A stretch of 58,115 nucleotides of DNA, from the IMG/VR virus record IMGVR_UViG_3300025806_000029, positions 1 through 58,115 of that record; one strand, given 5' to 3'. The translations under genes and the position numbers were made by a program. Below the pieces are notes generated by a model. The model was not told the origin of the DNA. It did not search any database and saw only the letters and a list, made by a program, of their open reading frames with translations. Shown one piece after another: positions 24,301-34,211 of the stretch. This stretch comes from a virus. Taxonomy: Duplodnaviria > Caudoviricetes. Position 1 is the stretch's first letter; each line of letters opens with the position of its first letter.

Positions 24301-25653
24301 CGCGTCAACCTCTTCGGGGCTTTCCATTCCCGCCTCTAGCTGATCCGCAGTAATGCGGGCACCCGCCAACTTCCGCTTGCTTTGATAAAAGGTAGAGAAA
24401 GCTTTCATTCTATCTCGTAAGTTTGGCTTGTCTCTTCCCGCTTCTTTCGCAGCCTGTTCAGCAAGAGGCGCAAGCTCGTTCTTAGTTTTGCCCGCAAAAG
24501 AACTTATGGCGGTAAGAAGAAGCTTAGACGGCACGAGATTAGCGCCAACCGCCAAGGCTGTCGGGGCTGCTACTTCGCCCGCTAGCTGCGCGGCGGTGGA
24601 GCCCGGAGCTTGCTTTGCTGCAATTGCACTTCCTGCAACGCTCAGACCCCCAACAGTCAGTTCTCCTGCGCCAGCAGCAATAGGGGTTTTCCGGTATGAT
24701 TTGCCTACGCCGCCAACTAAATTTTCAAACCCCCGAAGAAACCGCTCAGATCGACCTAGCGTCAAATTAGCGCCCGCCGCCGCCGGAAGCTCGGAGAGAG
24801 CTTTCTGATGCAGCGCAAACCCAAGGTCTATTCCTTTCTTGCCGATGGCATAAGGAAGAATCGCGCCCTCTACAACTCCAGCGGTAGTTTGAGCCGCACG
24901 GACCTTTGCAAAGTCATAGGGGTTGTAAGGCTCTCTTTCGCCAAAAAGGGCCTTTCTGAACTGCTCACCCGCAAAGCCGCTAACTATTCCGCCACCTATC
25001 GTTGTGGCAACCGGCACCGCCACTCTGGCAAGGGCGCTAAAAGGCGATGTTCCCGGTATCATTCGTGCGCCTTTAGCCCCGGCCCGCGCCCCGGCGTACA
25101 TACCGGAAGCGGCCATAAACGATTTGGGAGCCTCAATAGCTAGCTGTTCAAAAAAACCACGGTCTTGCACGTTAGAAAAGAGCTTAATAATTTCGCGGTC
25201 GCCCAGCTTGCGTTCTTCGGGAGGCAATCCCTTATACCCCGGTATTCTTTCGAAGATAGGAGCCGTGCCGTCTTGCAAAGAGCTATAAGTAAACAAACCT
25301 TGAAAAGGCTCCTTACCTTCGGCCTCAAGCGCCACTTGTTGCGCTAAAACACCGGGCGCGGCTGTGCCATATTCTGAAAAGGCGCTATCAATGTCGCCAA
25401 TTTTGAATTGATAGGCGCTTTGTCTAAAGACATCCGGGGTAATGTCCGGTCCGCCAAAAGCAAGTTCCGTAGCATCTAGACCCGAAAACCCGGGATCAAT
25501 GTATTCATAAGGCTCCGCTTGGTTCGTGGACGGCGGGCGAATAGTCACCATTAAGCGTCCCTGATCGTCAAACTGATCTGCGGGAGCCTGCTGCGCCGGA
25601 GCCTCAATAACGGGATCATCCGGGAACAGGGGCTCTGAAATTACCTCTACCAC
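21367..25653 (-). CDS. Large internal virion (ejection) protein
   Basis: 1428 aa, helical, with Gly/Ala hydrophobic segments; last of three large genes after the tail genes. Confidence 0.7.
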   Translation of the reverse strand: MVEVISEPLFPDDPVIEAPAQQAPADQFDDQGRLMVTIRPPSTNQAEPYEYIDPGFSGLDATELAFGGPDITPDVFRQSAYQFKIGDIDSAFSEYGTAAPGVLAQQVALEAEGKEPFQGLFTYSSLQDGTAPIFERIPGYKGLPPEERKLGDREIIKLFSNVQDRGFFEQLAIEAPKSFMAASGMYAGARAGAKGARMIPGTSPFSALARVAVPVATTIGGGIVSGFAGEQFRKALFGEREPYNPYDFAKVRAAQTTAGVVEGAILPYAIGKKGIDLGFALHQKALSELPAAAGANLTLGRSERFLRGFENLVGGVGKSYRKTPIAAGAGELTVGGLSVAGSAIAAKQAPGSTAAQLAGEVAAPTALAVGANLVPSKLLLTAISSFAGKTKNELAPLAEQAAKEAGRDKPNLRDRMKAFSTFYQSKRKLAGARITADQLEAGMESPEEVDAFLENLLKIASDETDPEASARAFREIRKNPVLNSIVQQLEKAGVDFDAQTQGAVNIQARGLLNMLSGFDTGTSEGYRLASEVLAAAQTQNLVNTVFDRVGKIQEAFKQVQGDDLDFKQLAERVSQAYDQIYNNTKATADRLYDGIKDHKIKFDLEEGPVFDLDGLGLPKDEAQIILSPEANAAVSLIKRVGKEYDDWKQVQLGQVTQQELLVKAQDNLSDQSSRLAGPNGVIFDAYNQRVDDAGSLEQKIAILDEAIAKGVRADAMRLSEADGVTPAYSNVTDALETKRSLLKLEDQIKNGASPDDIPDGYDYQTLKNLRSQLLANSRKNDDQTALFDSRLASELEEGMMVEGLEREGIDMTSEQLASAFSLARSYYKARKNVFQRGVLKDIAATDSQGVKAPVDVLMRKFRTLGDETALRMEELRLAGKFEENPSLPDTEFLPGGSNVPAGVTADEASEIAAGAPEGVEVPPSIDALVDNLVFGAIVKTKAASAALNPTLRKMLIDEGRIEEGENLRIIPSKVIEEILNKRKDVLNLAPGLKKQLEDLAALNVDIDRNTVSHQLDDIITDQQKVWSQFARGGNDVNFLQVLIKGIDGQKTKDRRLAWDEMLDPITDMQKRAEQDPRALIEEAKKTGIGVDRLSKELGINLESYGESDARRLAEALVGDARKGLKSLVFDYAKDKAKFSSDAGGDYQALYATLFEPPQTPGAEVRMPSLMEWMKDSGVISSQEFEGVGRSFDGLMKLQRDLSKEGLADIGGDSVLARKGARTFGVLMGGAFQKAISKIAPFLGGGGSIQIPGYGADLAQQVLIDAKAARAFDGLVMLFQDPKELAVFTKVMRDSAQDKKTPSGFLRVFADQMKRAGIIGPTKRGLVYGTEAVLREANESEERGSPLPESPRSGALRRPGFSGRSNTQPVPGPQSSVQVPQFKPLAQRLTEAAPAPAPRPTGQANPKQRQGLATLFPNDPILGAGRNVG

Positions 25654-25668
25654 AACAACCTCCTGTTT

Positions 25669-28600
25669 CTAATTGGCTTGTTTCAGATCGATATAATCCG
25701 AAATGTAGGTGTAGTCGTTAATCAGTGCCGTAGCTAACCGAAGTCCCTTGGTCATCTCCGCAATGTCCGCGGGCTTACTTATCTTACCGCTGGTTATCTG
25801 ATCTACCGCAGCATCTCGGCTAGTCCGCAATCCCGCAACCAACGCATTGATTCGATCTTTATACATCGTGGCGTTCGTAAACGGATTTTTAACCCCCGGT
25901 ATAAGTTTGGCAAACCGCTCTTGAATCTGCACGTTGTCTCTGCCCGGAGTCATGTCCAAGAAAGCTCTGAGGGCGGAATTAGAAAGCGCTTGAGCAATAG
26001 CGCCGCCAGAAGCCACCTCTTTAGAGAAAGTATACCCGGCGGTGGGAGCGGAAATATAGTTCGCTGCCTGACCCAAAAACCCTTCGGTTCCTATCGCAGA
26101 ATAAATAGCGTCTCCGATTTTGGCCTTTTCTTGAGGAGATTGATTTTCCCCCGCCTTGTACCTTTCAAGAACGCTAAGGCTGGTTCTGTCGGCCAAAGCT
26201 CTTTCGAGCCTTTTTCGTTTGTCATCTGGGCTTGCGGTTTTATAGAAGTCCGCTTCTCTTCGCGCGTTAATAGTTGCGACAACGTAATTGTCTATGTCAC
26301 CGCGGGCGCGCTCCCGCTCAAGGATCGCATCTTCAATTTCAGGCGATAAATACCCCGTCTGTTGAATAACGGTATCCCCCGTAGACGGGTTGTATACGCT
26401 TTTGCCCCGGTAAACTTCCGCCAGCATCGACTTGACGCGATTATCTTGCAGTTCGTCCAGCTTACCTTTGCCGAAGGCCTGTATTTTGGTCATGTTTTGA
26501 CCTTGAACCTGAACTTTTTGGTTAAGAAGCGCAGGTAACGCGGCGTCTGGGTTTTTATACAAAGCTACTTCTTTGCTCAAAGCGTCGAGCTTTGCCGCCT
26601 GCCCTTTAATTAAAGCAAGGTCTTCATTTACCTTGGTTGCGCGTTCCTGCAAGGCTATCTTTTCGTCAGTTTGAGCGTTTACGATTTTGTTCTGAAGCGC
26701 TTGAGCCTCTAGGCGTTTTTCTTGAAGAAGCGTCTGAGTTTTCGCCTTGGCTGCTTGAAGTTTATCCTGTTGAGCAAAGGCGGACTTCTGCGTCTTTTCG
26801 TCAAACTTCTGAGTTTCCCGCATCTTTTTAAGGTCTTCAACGGTCTGCGCCTGCATTCCAAAAACGTTGTACGTGTGTTTGAGACCCATTTCGTCCAAGC
26901 GGTTTGCTTTTTCGTCTTCCCGGTTAGCGTCGTTAATCGTGTCCTGATACACCGCAAAATCTTTAGCAATTTTATTGTCTAGGTTTTTTTTCTCCACGTC
27001 CGTCAAGAACTGTCGGCTAGCCTCTTGCGCTGCGTTAAAGTTGTCAAAACGGGCCTTTATCTGCGCTAAGCGTGCGTCTCTATCTGCTTTAGTTTCGGTA
27101 ATCTTCATCTGGTTTTTAAACTTTTGCGAGATATCTCTAAAGCTCTGTGCCGCTTCGCTAGCGGCGGTTTGAGCCGAAAGCTTACTCTTGAAGACAAACT
27201 CTTTTTCTGCGGTCAAAGCCTTTTCTGCCGCCGATAAGGCCGCAAGGTTTCTGGCCTGCTTGCCGGAAGCTTCCTGTGCGCTAATTTTTGCTTGGTTGCC
27301 AAGGATATCTGCCCCGGTCAAAGACTCTGAAAGCTGCGACAGTGCGGACTGACCGGGCTTGGGGGCTTGAGCAAAAGCCGAACCTGCTTTCGCAAGATCA
27401 CTGTAGAACTGTAACATGCGGCTGTCCTGTACCGCTTCTTCGTCCCGTCCAAGTAACTCATTGTATATGTCCTGACGTGCTTTAAGCTCCCCGGCAAGGG
27501 TAGTGTTTAAAGCAGCCGCTTTGCCACCGGTAAGCGACGGCATCTGACTTGGCACTGTACTGGAGCTTGACGCGGTCAAAGACGCCGAAGGTTTACCCCC
27601 AAACGTAGGAACCGTAGGAACCTTGGGCATATTGAAAGGAACCGCTCCGGCGTTTTTAAAGCGGAGGACTTCTCCGCCTTGGCTAAAATTTACGGGGGGC
27701 ACTCCCCCTTCCGGAGGTGGGGGTGCTGCCATCTGCATTATGCCACCGGCCATGTCGCCCGAGACCGGTACGTTCATAGTGTCCTGCGCCATCGGGCCAA
27801 TACCACCAGTATCGACCTCGGTTTCCACGGCACCTTGAGCGCCCATCAGGAGCATGAGCGGCTGCACCATCGCCAGAACGGAATCCGGTGTCGCTGCGGC
27901 ATCTTCCGGGCCTACAACCCCTGCCAGTTCTTCGCGGCGCTCCTCTTCCGTGGCCCGTGTTCCGCGGACCGCGTCCATCATACCTTCAAGCGACTCCGCC
28001 TGTTCCGGGTCGCCAAAGTTGTTGGCTGCACCCTGCATAATGGCTACCACTTCCGGGTCCATTTGCGAGGCGATACCGGCAGTGTCCATAGATCCGAGGT
28101 CCGCGGGCGACGGAGCGCCCATCGCGGCCATCGGTTCGGCAGGCATGGCACCCTGTTCCATGGCCGCGGCCATCGGCTCACCACCCATTTGCAACCGCGT
28201 AAACGGCGGGGCTTCGGGCATTTCTTCCATAACGCCGGGCGGGGGCCGAGGTATCAGCATCTGGTCGCCCGCCTCGTTCTCCCGATAGCTATCATAATCT
28301 TCCTTAAACCTTCCCATGTCCCTCTCGGTGAAACCCTCCGGCTGCATCGGAGGAAGGCTTTCCGGGCTCTCGCCGTATCCCGGCGGGAAGTATTCCTGCA
28401 TCGGGACTTCCGACGTAACCTTAAAGCCTTCGTTAATCATCGCGGCCATGTTCGGGTACATCTTCGCAATGTCGGAAAGATCTTGGGTGTTTCCCCGAAC
28501 GTAAGCGGCAACGTCTTCCTTGGAGCCGCGCATCGACTCAACAAGACCTTGGAAAATGGCCCGTACGTCACCCGGCACCTCGCCCCCCTCGGCCATCGGC

Positions 28601-28719
28601 ACAACGCCTCGGCCCATCAGGATATCTTTCTGAGTGACCTTGCCATCTCCGCTAAGATCAGGGAACGCTGCTCCGCCTTTAGCAAACATCTGACGGCCCA
28701 TTACACTTCTGTTCATCAT
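25669..28719 (-). CDS. Internal virion protein, coiled-coil
   Basis: 1016 aa; Met/Pro-rich N-terminus with repeated xxGG motifs; FPDLSGDGKVTQKD loop. Confidence 0.7.
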   Translation of the reverse strand: MMNRSVMGRQMFAKGGAAFPDLSGDGKVTQKDILMGRGVVPMAEGGEVPGDVRAIFQGLVESMRGSKEDVAAYVRGNTQDLSDIAKMYPNMAAMINEGFKVTSEVPMQEYFPPGYGESPESLPPMQPEGFTERDMGRFKEDYDSYRENEAGDQMLIPRPPPGVMEEMPEAPPFTRLQMGGEPMAAAMEQGAMPAEPMAAMGAPSPADLGSMDTAGIASQMDPEVVAIMQGAANNFGDPEQAESLEGMMDAVRGTRATEEERREELAGVVGPEDAAATPDSVLAMVQPLMLLMGAQGAVETEVDTGGIGPMAQDTMNVPVSGDMAGGIMQMAAPPPPEGGVPPVNFSQGGEVLRFKNAGAVPFNMPKVPTVPTFGGKPSASLTASSSSTVPSQMPSLTGGKAAALNTTLAGELKARQDIYNELLGRDEEAVQDSRMLQFYSDLAKAGSAFAQAPKPGQSALSQLSESLTGADILGNQAKISAQEASGKQARNLAALSAAEKALTAEKEFVFKSKLSAQTAASEAAQSFRDISQKFKNQMKITETKADRDARLAQIKARFDNFNAAQEASRQFLTDVEKKNLDNKIAKDFAVYQDTINDANREDEKANRLDEMGLKHTYNVFGMQAQTVEDLKKMRETQKFDEKTQKSAFAQQDKLQAAKAKTQTLLQEKRLEAQALQNKIVNAQTDEKIALQERATKVNEDLALIKGQAAKLDALSKEVALYKNPDAALPALLNQKVQVQGQNMTKIQAFGKGKLDELQDNRVKSMLAEVYRGKSVYNPSTGDTVIQQTGYLSPEIEDAILERERARGDIDNYVVATINARREADFYKTASPDDKRKRLERALADRTSLSVLERYKAGENQSPQEKAKIGDAIYSAIGTEGFLGQAANYISAPTAGYTFSKEVASGGAIAQALSNSALRAFLDMTPGRDNVQIQERFAKLIPGVKNPFTNATMYKDRINALVAGLRTSRDAAVDQITSGKISKPADIAEMTKGLRLATALINDYTYISDYIDLKQAN

Positions 28720-29714
28720 CCGAATAATCCTGCTTTGTTAGCTCCGGCAACCGTACTACCGACGGCAGTGAGTCCGCCGACAAGTTGCTGGAAGGGCGAA
28801 GCCTGTGGCACGGAGGCTCCCGTCAAAGACTGCTGCGTTGTCGGTGCGCCTTTGTAAATATCGCTCAAGAAACCAATACGCTGGAAGGGCTCGTAAGCCT
28901 CTTCTATCGCACTTTTACGGCTAGCGTCTAGTGTCTGCTGGTCAAGCTGACGTTGTCTCTCACCAAGATCAAACCCGAAGCCGGTTTCTTTCTGACCAAG
29001 GTTCTGGAACACTTCGCCCACGCCCGCTTCGCGCAAGCCGAGATTACTAAACGCTTCGCCCTGACCCAGAGCCGTTCGAGCCAAGGTTTCCCCCGCCCCA
29101 ATGTTCAGGGCTCCAATTCCTTGCCCCGCGCTTAGCTCACGAGCCCGCTGAGCAGAAAGCTGCTGCTGGGCGTTTAGGAAGTTCTGCGCCTGCGCTTGTG
29201 CAAGGGCACTTGCCCGGTTCCTGTCGATTTCTCTTTCGGCAATCTCAGCGCGGCTACCACCAAACGCGCCTGCGCCCGTAGCCTGTCCCCGCACTTGGTT
29301 CTGCTGAATATCAAAGCTGCGGTTGATCTCGTCGGCAACGGCCTGCTGGAACGGGTTCATATACTGAGCAATACCCTCGCCCGTGGCGGCACCCGCGCCG
29401 CTCTGCATAAGCGCTGTTCCTGCCTGCACTCCGCCCGATATCAAAGGCTCTGCCAAACCAAACGACGCGGCAGCCGGGGCTCTCGCCTCGCCAAGAAGTC
29501 CGGCGGCGCGGTCTAGATAAGCCTCGTAACCACCTATCCCCGTTATGGCACGGTCTTGCGCCACCCTTTGAAGGTCTGAGAAGTCGGCTACTTGATAGTC
29601 GGGGAGGTCAACCGGAGTCCCGGAAAGCTCTTGGGCGTCTTTGAGAAGGGCCAGCTTAATGGCCTCAATTTCCGGAGCTTCCCGGACTATTTGCTCTGTA
29701 ACAGTAGTAGCCAT
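28716..29714 (-). CDS. DNA transfer/pilot-like ejection protein
   Basis: YMNPFQQAV...AGAFGGSR; Gln/Ala/Gly-rich. Confidence 0.7.
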   Translation of the reverse strand: MATTVTEQIVREAPEIEAIKLALLKDAQELSGTPVDLPDYQVADFSDLQRVAQDRAITGIGGYEAYLDRAAGLLGEARAPAAASFGLAEPLISGGVQAGTALMQSGAGAATGEGIAQYMNPFQQAVADEINRSFDIQQNQVRGQATGAGAFGGSRAEIAEREIDRNRASALAQAQAQNFLNAQQQLSAQRARELSAGQGIGALNIGAGETLARTALGQGEAFSNLGLREAGVGEVFQNLGQKETGFGFDLGERQRQLDQQTLDASRKSAIEEAYEPFQRIGFLSDIYKGAPTTQQSLTGASVPQASPFQQLVGGLTAVGSTVAGANKAGLFG

Positions 29715-31591
29715 TACGCCATCCTCGCGCCGCGGGCTTCAAGATTCCGCATTACACCGTACATGTTGTTTATACCTTGCTGCAAATCTCCGTTTCCGGC
29801 ACCCTTTACAGCGTTCGTCGTAAAGATGAACTCCCCGGGCATGACCAAAGCTTTTACGCTGTCTTTGCCGGGAATACCTTCGTTGGGCATTATGCCGCCT
29901 GTCCGCCTCGGGAACACTTCACCGCCGTCCGCCGCCGCAAGTTGGGCACCGAATAGCTCAGGGAAGCGGTTGCGAAGACTCTGATTAAATCCTTGAGAGC
30001 CGAGAGCCACAGGTACGCGGGTTTGCCTTGGAGACGTCACTCTAGGAGTAAGGGCCCCCGGAGGTAACCGGTTAGCCGCGACCAACGCCTCACGCTCCTC
30101 GGGGCTAATCCTTGGGATCAGATTCGGCTCTTCCATTTCAGGGACTTCCATTAAAGAGGGAAGTGCCGCTGCTCCGGCTATGCCGCCAGCGAGCAGGAGA
30201 CCTCGGTTCTTACCAAAGAAACCGGGCTGCGCGTCTGCAACCTGTTTTGTAGCGGCAGCAATGGCCCGATTTTGAACTTCAGCCAAGGGCAATGTCGGAT
30301 TTGCGGCTTTAATTCTTGGGGCTAGTTTGCTAGCGATTTCGTTAGCTGCAACCGCCTGTTGGGCGGAGGTTTGGGTTTCTGCTCCAGAAAGGAAGCCTAC
30401 CGGGTCGTCAAAAGCCTCAGTTACCGACTTAGTCGTCTCAGGGAAGTTCCGTCCAAAGAAGCCGGTGGTTTCAGGAGTGGTGTCAGACCCCAGCGCACTG
30501 GGTGCGGCGTCTGAGAAAGATCCCGCTCTAAACACACCCGTTGAGTCGTCATAGTAATCGGGCGCGGGCGCGGGAGGTGCGCCTGTAGCGCTCGTCCTTA
30601 CCAAGAGGTCTGGCGCTTCCGTTGGAGCGGCGGTAGGCGTCACAGGGGAACCGGAAAGAGGCTTCGTTGCAAAATCGGTTCCAAAGGTTGTGTCAAACGC
30701 TTCTGCGCTTGGTTGTAGCGCAGCGCCTAAGCCGTCTGAACTGGCGGTCGTAAAGAAGTCAGAAGTTTTATCGAAATCAGCCGTAAGGTCTTGTAGTCCG
30801 CTGGTAGGGGACGTCGAGCCGCCGAGTAACCGATTGACGGAGGGGCCTGCTACCTTACCAAGGGCCGCGCCGCCCGCGCCCATCGCGCCGCCAAGCAGGA
30901 TGTCTTCCATGTCACCGCCACCTACCGCGCTGCGCGCCATGCCGCCAAGTGCGCCTGACGCTACGCTGCCAATAGAGGGCGCAATCCCCGCGGTAGCCCC
31001 GCCAATAGCTGCGCTAAACAAGGCGTCTTTTACACTTCCGCCGCCAACCAAAGTACCAATACCGCTGGAGATAGCGCCCGCTGCAATGGCGCTTAGGCCT
31101 AGACCAGCAGGCCCAAGAAGCGCGGCCCCCGCGATGGTAATAATTGTCGGAGCGGCTTTTTTAAGAAACTTGCCGACGCTCTTGACGGCTTTCTTTATGC
31201 CTCGGAAAATGCTTTTGAAGAAAAACTCCAAAGCCCCGGTTTCGGGGTTGATGGCGTTAGAGCCGTCACCGACAATATAGCGCTCCGGATCTTCAACGCC
31301 CATGTCTCGTAGATGACCAAGAATGGACTCTTTGAGTTCCGGCATCTTGTCCAGAAGAGGCTTTGGTACAACCAGTTCGCCGGTCTCAACGTGGGCTAGC
31401 GCGTCGTCTCCAAAGCGGCCCATCTCCTCCATCCGCGCACGGATAGCTCCGAGATCAGCAATGCCTCCGACATCTCCGATACTCTTTTCGTATGCTTCAA
31501 TCTCGGCGTTATAGGCTCTAGTCTCGTCGTCGTTCAGCGCAAAACTACCAAGACCGGAGGCGGCAGAGCTAATACTCATGTTTTTTCTCAC
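29714..31591 (-). CDS. Internal virion protein with amphipathic and Gly-rich hydrophobic segments
   Basis: GRFGDDALAHVETGE...NPETGALEF; FFKSIFRGIKK; C-terminal GKDSVKALVMPGEFIFT. Confidence 0.7.
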   Translation of the reverse strand: MRKNMSISSAASGLGSFALNDDETRAYNAEIEAYEKSIGDVGGIADLGAIRARMEEMGRFGDDALAHVETGELVVPKPLLDKMPELKESILGHLRDMGVEDPERYIVGDGSNAINPETGALEFFFKSIFRGIKKAVKSVGKFLKKAAPTIITIAGAALLGPAGLGLSAIAAGAISSGIGTLVGGGSVKDALFSAAIGGATAGIAPSIGSVASGALGGMARSAVGGGDMEDILLGGAMGAGGAALGKVAGPSVNRLLGGSTSPTSGLQDLTADFDKTSDFFTTASSDGLGAALQPSAEAFDTTFGTDFATKPLSGSPVTPTAAPTEAPDLLVRTSATGAPPAPAPDYYDDSTGVFRAGSFSDAAPSALGSDTTPETTGFFGRNFPETTKSVTEAFDDPVGFLSGAETQTSAQQAVAANEIASKLAPRIKAANPTLPLAEVQNRAIAAATKQVADAQPGFFGKNRGLLLAGGIAGAAALPSLMEVPEMEEPNLIPRISPEEREALVAANRLPPGALTPRVTSPRQTRVPVALGSQGFNQSLRNRFPELFGAQLAAADGGEVFPRRTGGIMPNEGIPGKDSVKALVMPGEFIFTTNAVKGAGNGDLQQGINNMYGVMRNLEARGARMA

Positions 31592-31809
31592 GTTTCGCCG
31601 CTAATTGCTTGCGGCATTGTCACACATATTACTGCATCCTGACGCTCGTTTCCAGTCCAAGGATTACCGCAGTCCGGGCAGTTTCCTTCAGGGTACGAGG
31701 CTATTTCATCGGCGGTATCTACAATATTGCCGCACGTGACGCATTTCACGGTTTGTGTGGCCGTAGACGGTAGCCAACGACCGCCATCAGGCATGACTAT
31801 AATGCTCAT
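31588..31809 (-). CDS. Small Zn-finger protein
   Basis: CVTC...CPDC. Confidence 0.65.
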   Translation of the reverse strand: MSIIVMPDGGRWLPSTATQTVKCVTCGNIVDTADEIASYPEGNCPDCGNPWTGNERQDAVICVTMPQAISGET

Positions 31810-32105
31810 TATGTTACCACCGTAACAGACCCAAGGCCGCTTGCGGCGGACACGCCACTTGGGTGGGGGTTAAAAGACCGGCTAATTTTAACAAAGCCGT
31901 TCGACTCAAAGAGAGCGCCTACCTCTAATCCGCTATCGTTGTTAGGTAGGTTCGTCATCACGAAGGTCGTTGCGCGGCCCTCTCCCGGTTGCTGGGTCTG
32001 CTCTACAAAAAAACTAAAGGCTCGTATAGTGTCCGCAAAGTAAGTCTGGCGATACTCCGCGGGCGGGATCGAAAACTGCGGCGGAACAAGCGCTCTACCG
32101 GTCAT
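31809..32105 (-). CDS. Small tail-associated protein
   Basis: Translationally coupled within the tail operon. Confidence 0.6.
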   Translation of the reverse strand: MTGRALVPPQFSIPPAEYRQTYFADTIRAFSFFVEQTQQPGEGRATTFVMTNLPNNDSGLEVGALFESNGFVKISRSFNPHPSGVSAASGLGSVTVVT

Positions 32106-33922
32106 CGTCTACCGTCCTGTCGTATGTCAACGCGGGGCGAACCAAGTCGCCACGTTACGCCTGTGTTAACGGATTCTATTCTAAGCCCTAAGCCGCGCCC
32201 TCGAATACGTACATGGTTTTGAGTTTCGTCTGCTGTGACGGTTGAGGTGTAACTTTGAGTAAAACCAGTTCCCGGAAAATCTTCCGCCTTCAAGGTAAAC
32301 GTAACCTCCTTGGAGGCGGTGTCCGGCGTTGTAAGAAAACTAATGTCAGGCAAAAGCCTGCGAATAAAGCCGAATTTTTCACCTTCTGAAATGTCTATAG
32401 GGCTAGATTCAATGTGCGCGGAAAGGGCTGACCCGTCGTCATCGGCTCCTATTTCATGGTTGAACAAGTACTGTTCGTTTGAGCTAGCGGCTAACGGATG
32501 AGTCCTAAGCCCGCGATCCAACCAAGCAGAGCGGTCAAGGTTTCCAAAATACCAAACTTTCTCATCATAGTTAAAGATAACGTACTTGTCATTTTCATCT
32601 GAATCCGCAGAAGGGTAAAACCAAACTACTTCTCCAAACTCTGAGTTCACCCCCGCAAAAACTTTGTCGGACTGTGCTTCATTAAAATTGTCAAAAACAG
32701 TGTCTCTAACGGTACATGGGAGGTCTTGAACCTGACCGTCGTAAACATAGAACCTGTTTTGGCCCATCCAAAAAACGGAGTCGTTGACTGCGACGGCTGC
32801 CTTAGAACCCATTATTGTAGTTCCCGCCGAAAGCTGGTTAATACCGAAAGTAAACGGCGGACCAATAAACTGCATGGAATGCACCGACACATCCGTAAAA
32901 ACCAATATCTCGCGACGAGTTTCAACTGCTTGAATTATTTCAGATCCGGAGCCTACGATTAAATCGCCCGCCGTGTTTGTAGCAGTGGGTTCCCACGTCG
33001 TAGCGCTTTCTTGGCTTGAGAACCGAATAAGAAGTTTATCTTGAGCCGTAGCTCCTATTGGGTTGCAACCAAACGCAATAACATGTCGATCCCTGTCTGA
33101 TACTAAAATTTGACGAGCAACAACGGGAGCGTTTGAATCAAGGCTATTTAAATCAACTGCTCTTGAACTGGTTCCTAAAGTTCTGTCCCAGAAGTAAACA
33201 CGAGTGTCTCGAACATTAAGCAGCAGGTCTTCGCCAAAGTTGTCTTGGCTCCAAAGACGTATATCAATCCCGCCCGCTGTTTCCGTCGCTGCCGACCCCC
33301 AAGTTCCACGGCCCCAAGTTCCCGCACCCCAACCTGTCCCCGGAACCACCGCGTTCGTTCCTACGTTTATCTGATACGCTGCGGTCACGGACGCGCCCCC
33401 GTTACTTGTATCCGATGCGTTTGCGACAACGTCTACGGTAATTGTAAAGGTATCCGTGGAGGGCGTTGTTTTTACTTCATACTCTTTGTTGAGAACGGTG
33501 GCGGTAATGTTTCCCCCTAGAGAAACCGCACCGCTAAAAGTAACAAAGTCCCCAACAAGAGCGCCATGCGAGTTATCAGTAACCGTAACTGTTGCGGAAC
33601 CATTGGAAGCTGAAAACGTGGCGGACCCCGTAGTTGTCTTTCTTAAAGGCGTTATGTCTTTAAAAGACCCACCCTCTTCAATATAAAACTTCAAATGCGT
33701 TCCAACGCCCAAAAACCTAGTGCCGTCTACGGCTCTCCAAGAGTGAAGGGAACGAGCCGTTCCGATAAAAGTGTTTAAGGAAGCTTTTTCCCACCCGCCT
33801 ATTTTTTCAGGGAAACCAAACCGGAACCTAATCTTGTCGCAGTCGTTCCAGCCGCCCTCGTTTGTGTAAGACGTGACCTCCGTATTTATACCGGGTTTAA
33901 ACTGGAGTTTACTTAAAGGCAT
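32102..33922 (-). CDS. Tail tubular/nozzle (P22 gp10 / T7 gp12-like) protein
   Basis: 606 aa, beta-propeller-like; KIGGW, IRFSSQE, C-terminal WRLG.PR.DIRQDGRR. Confidence 0.75.
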   Translation of the reverse strand: MPLSKLQFKPGINTEVTSYTNEGGWNDCDKIRFRFGFPEKIGGWEKASLNTFIGTARSLHSWRAVDGTRFLGVGTHLKFYIEEGGSFKDITPLRKTTTGSATFSASNGSATVTVTDNSHGALVGDFVTFSGAVSLGGNITATVLNKEYEVKTTPSTDTFTITVDVVANASDTSNGGASVTAAYQINVGTNAVVPGTGWGAGTWGRGTWGSAATETAGGIDIRLWSQDNFGEDLLLNVRDTRVYFWDRTLGTSSRAVDLNSLDSNAPVVARQILVSDRDRHVIAFGCNPIGATAQDKLLIRFSSQESATTWEPTATNTAGDLIVGSGSEIIQAVETRREILVFTDVSVHSMQFIGPPFTFGINQLSAGTTIMGSKAAVAVNDSVFWMGQNRFYVYDGQVQDLPCTVRDTVFDNFNEAQSDKVFAGVNSEFGEVVWFYPSADSDENDKYVIFNYDEKVWYFGNLDRSAWLDRGLRTHPLAASSNEQYLFNHEIGADDDGSALSAHIESSPIDISEGEKFGFIRRLLPDISFLTTPDTASKEVTFTLKAEDFPGTGFTQSYTSTVTADETQNHVRIRGRGLGLRIESVNTGVTWRLGSPRVDIRQDGRR

Positions 33923-34211
33923 TTTTTGACTCTTCTTTTGGAAGGCTTACGGTAAGCCCCAGCATGGTGTCATTAGTACAAAACACTTTCCCGTCCGGGC
34001 TAAAAAACAAGGTAAAAGTTTTTTGTCCTGCAAACAGATAAAGAGCGTGGCCTACATTATTTACCCCTAAAAATACCACGGATTCACCCTGCTCTTGTGC
34101 AAGTGTTTTAACACTTTCCCACCCCGTAAGACATACAGGTTCGGCACTGACGCTAAACGGCCATAGACAAAAGCCTAGGACCGCCAAAAAATAATTTACC
34201 GCTTTAACCAC
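33909..34211 (-). CDS. Small secreted protein
   Basis: Signal peptide ending VSA; two mature-region Cys. Confidence 0.6.
   Translation of the reverse strand: MVKAVNYFLAVLGFCLWPFSVSAEPVCLTGWESVKTLAQEQGESVVFLGVNNVGHALYLFAGQKTFTLFFSPDGKVFCTNDTMLGLTVSLPKEESKNAFK

Noticed and set aside
27679-28857. Long plus-strand ORFs (also 56455-57477, 1059-1736, 30690-31280) and minus-strand 18914-19480
   Set aside because: Antisense shadows of well-supported genes, with no recognisable motifs.
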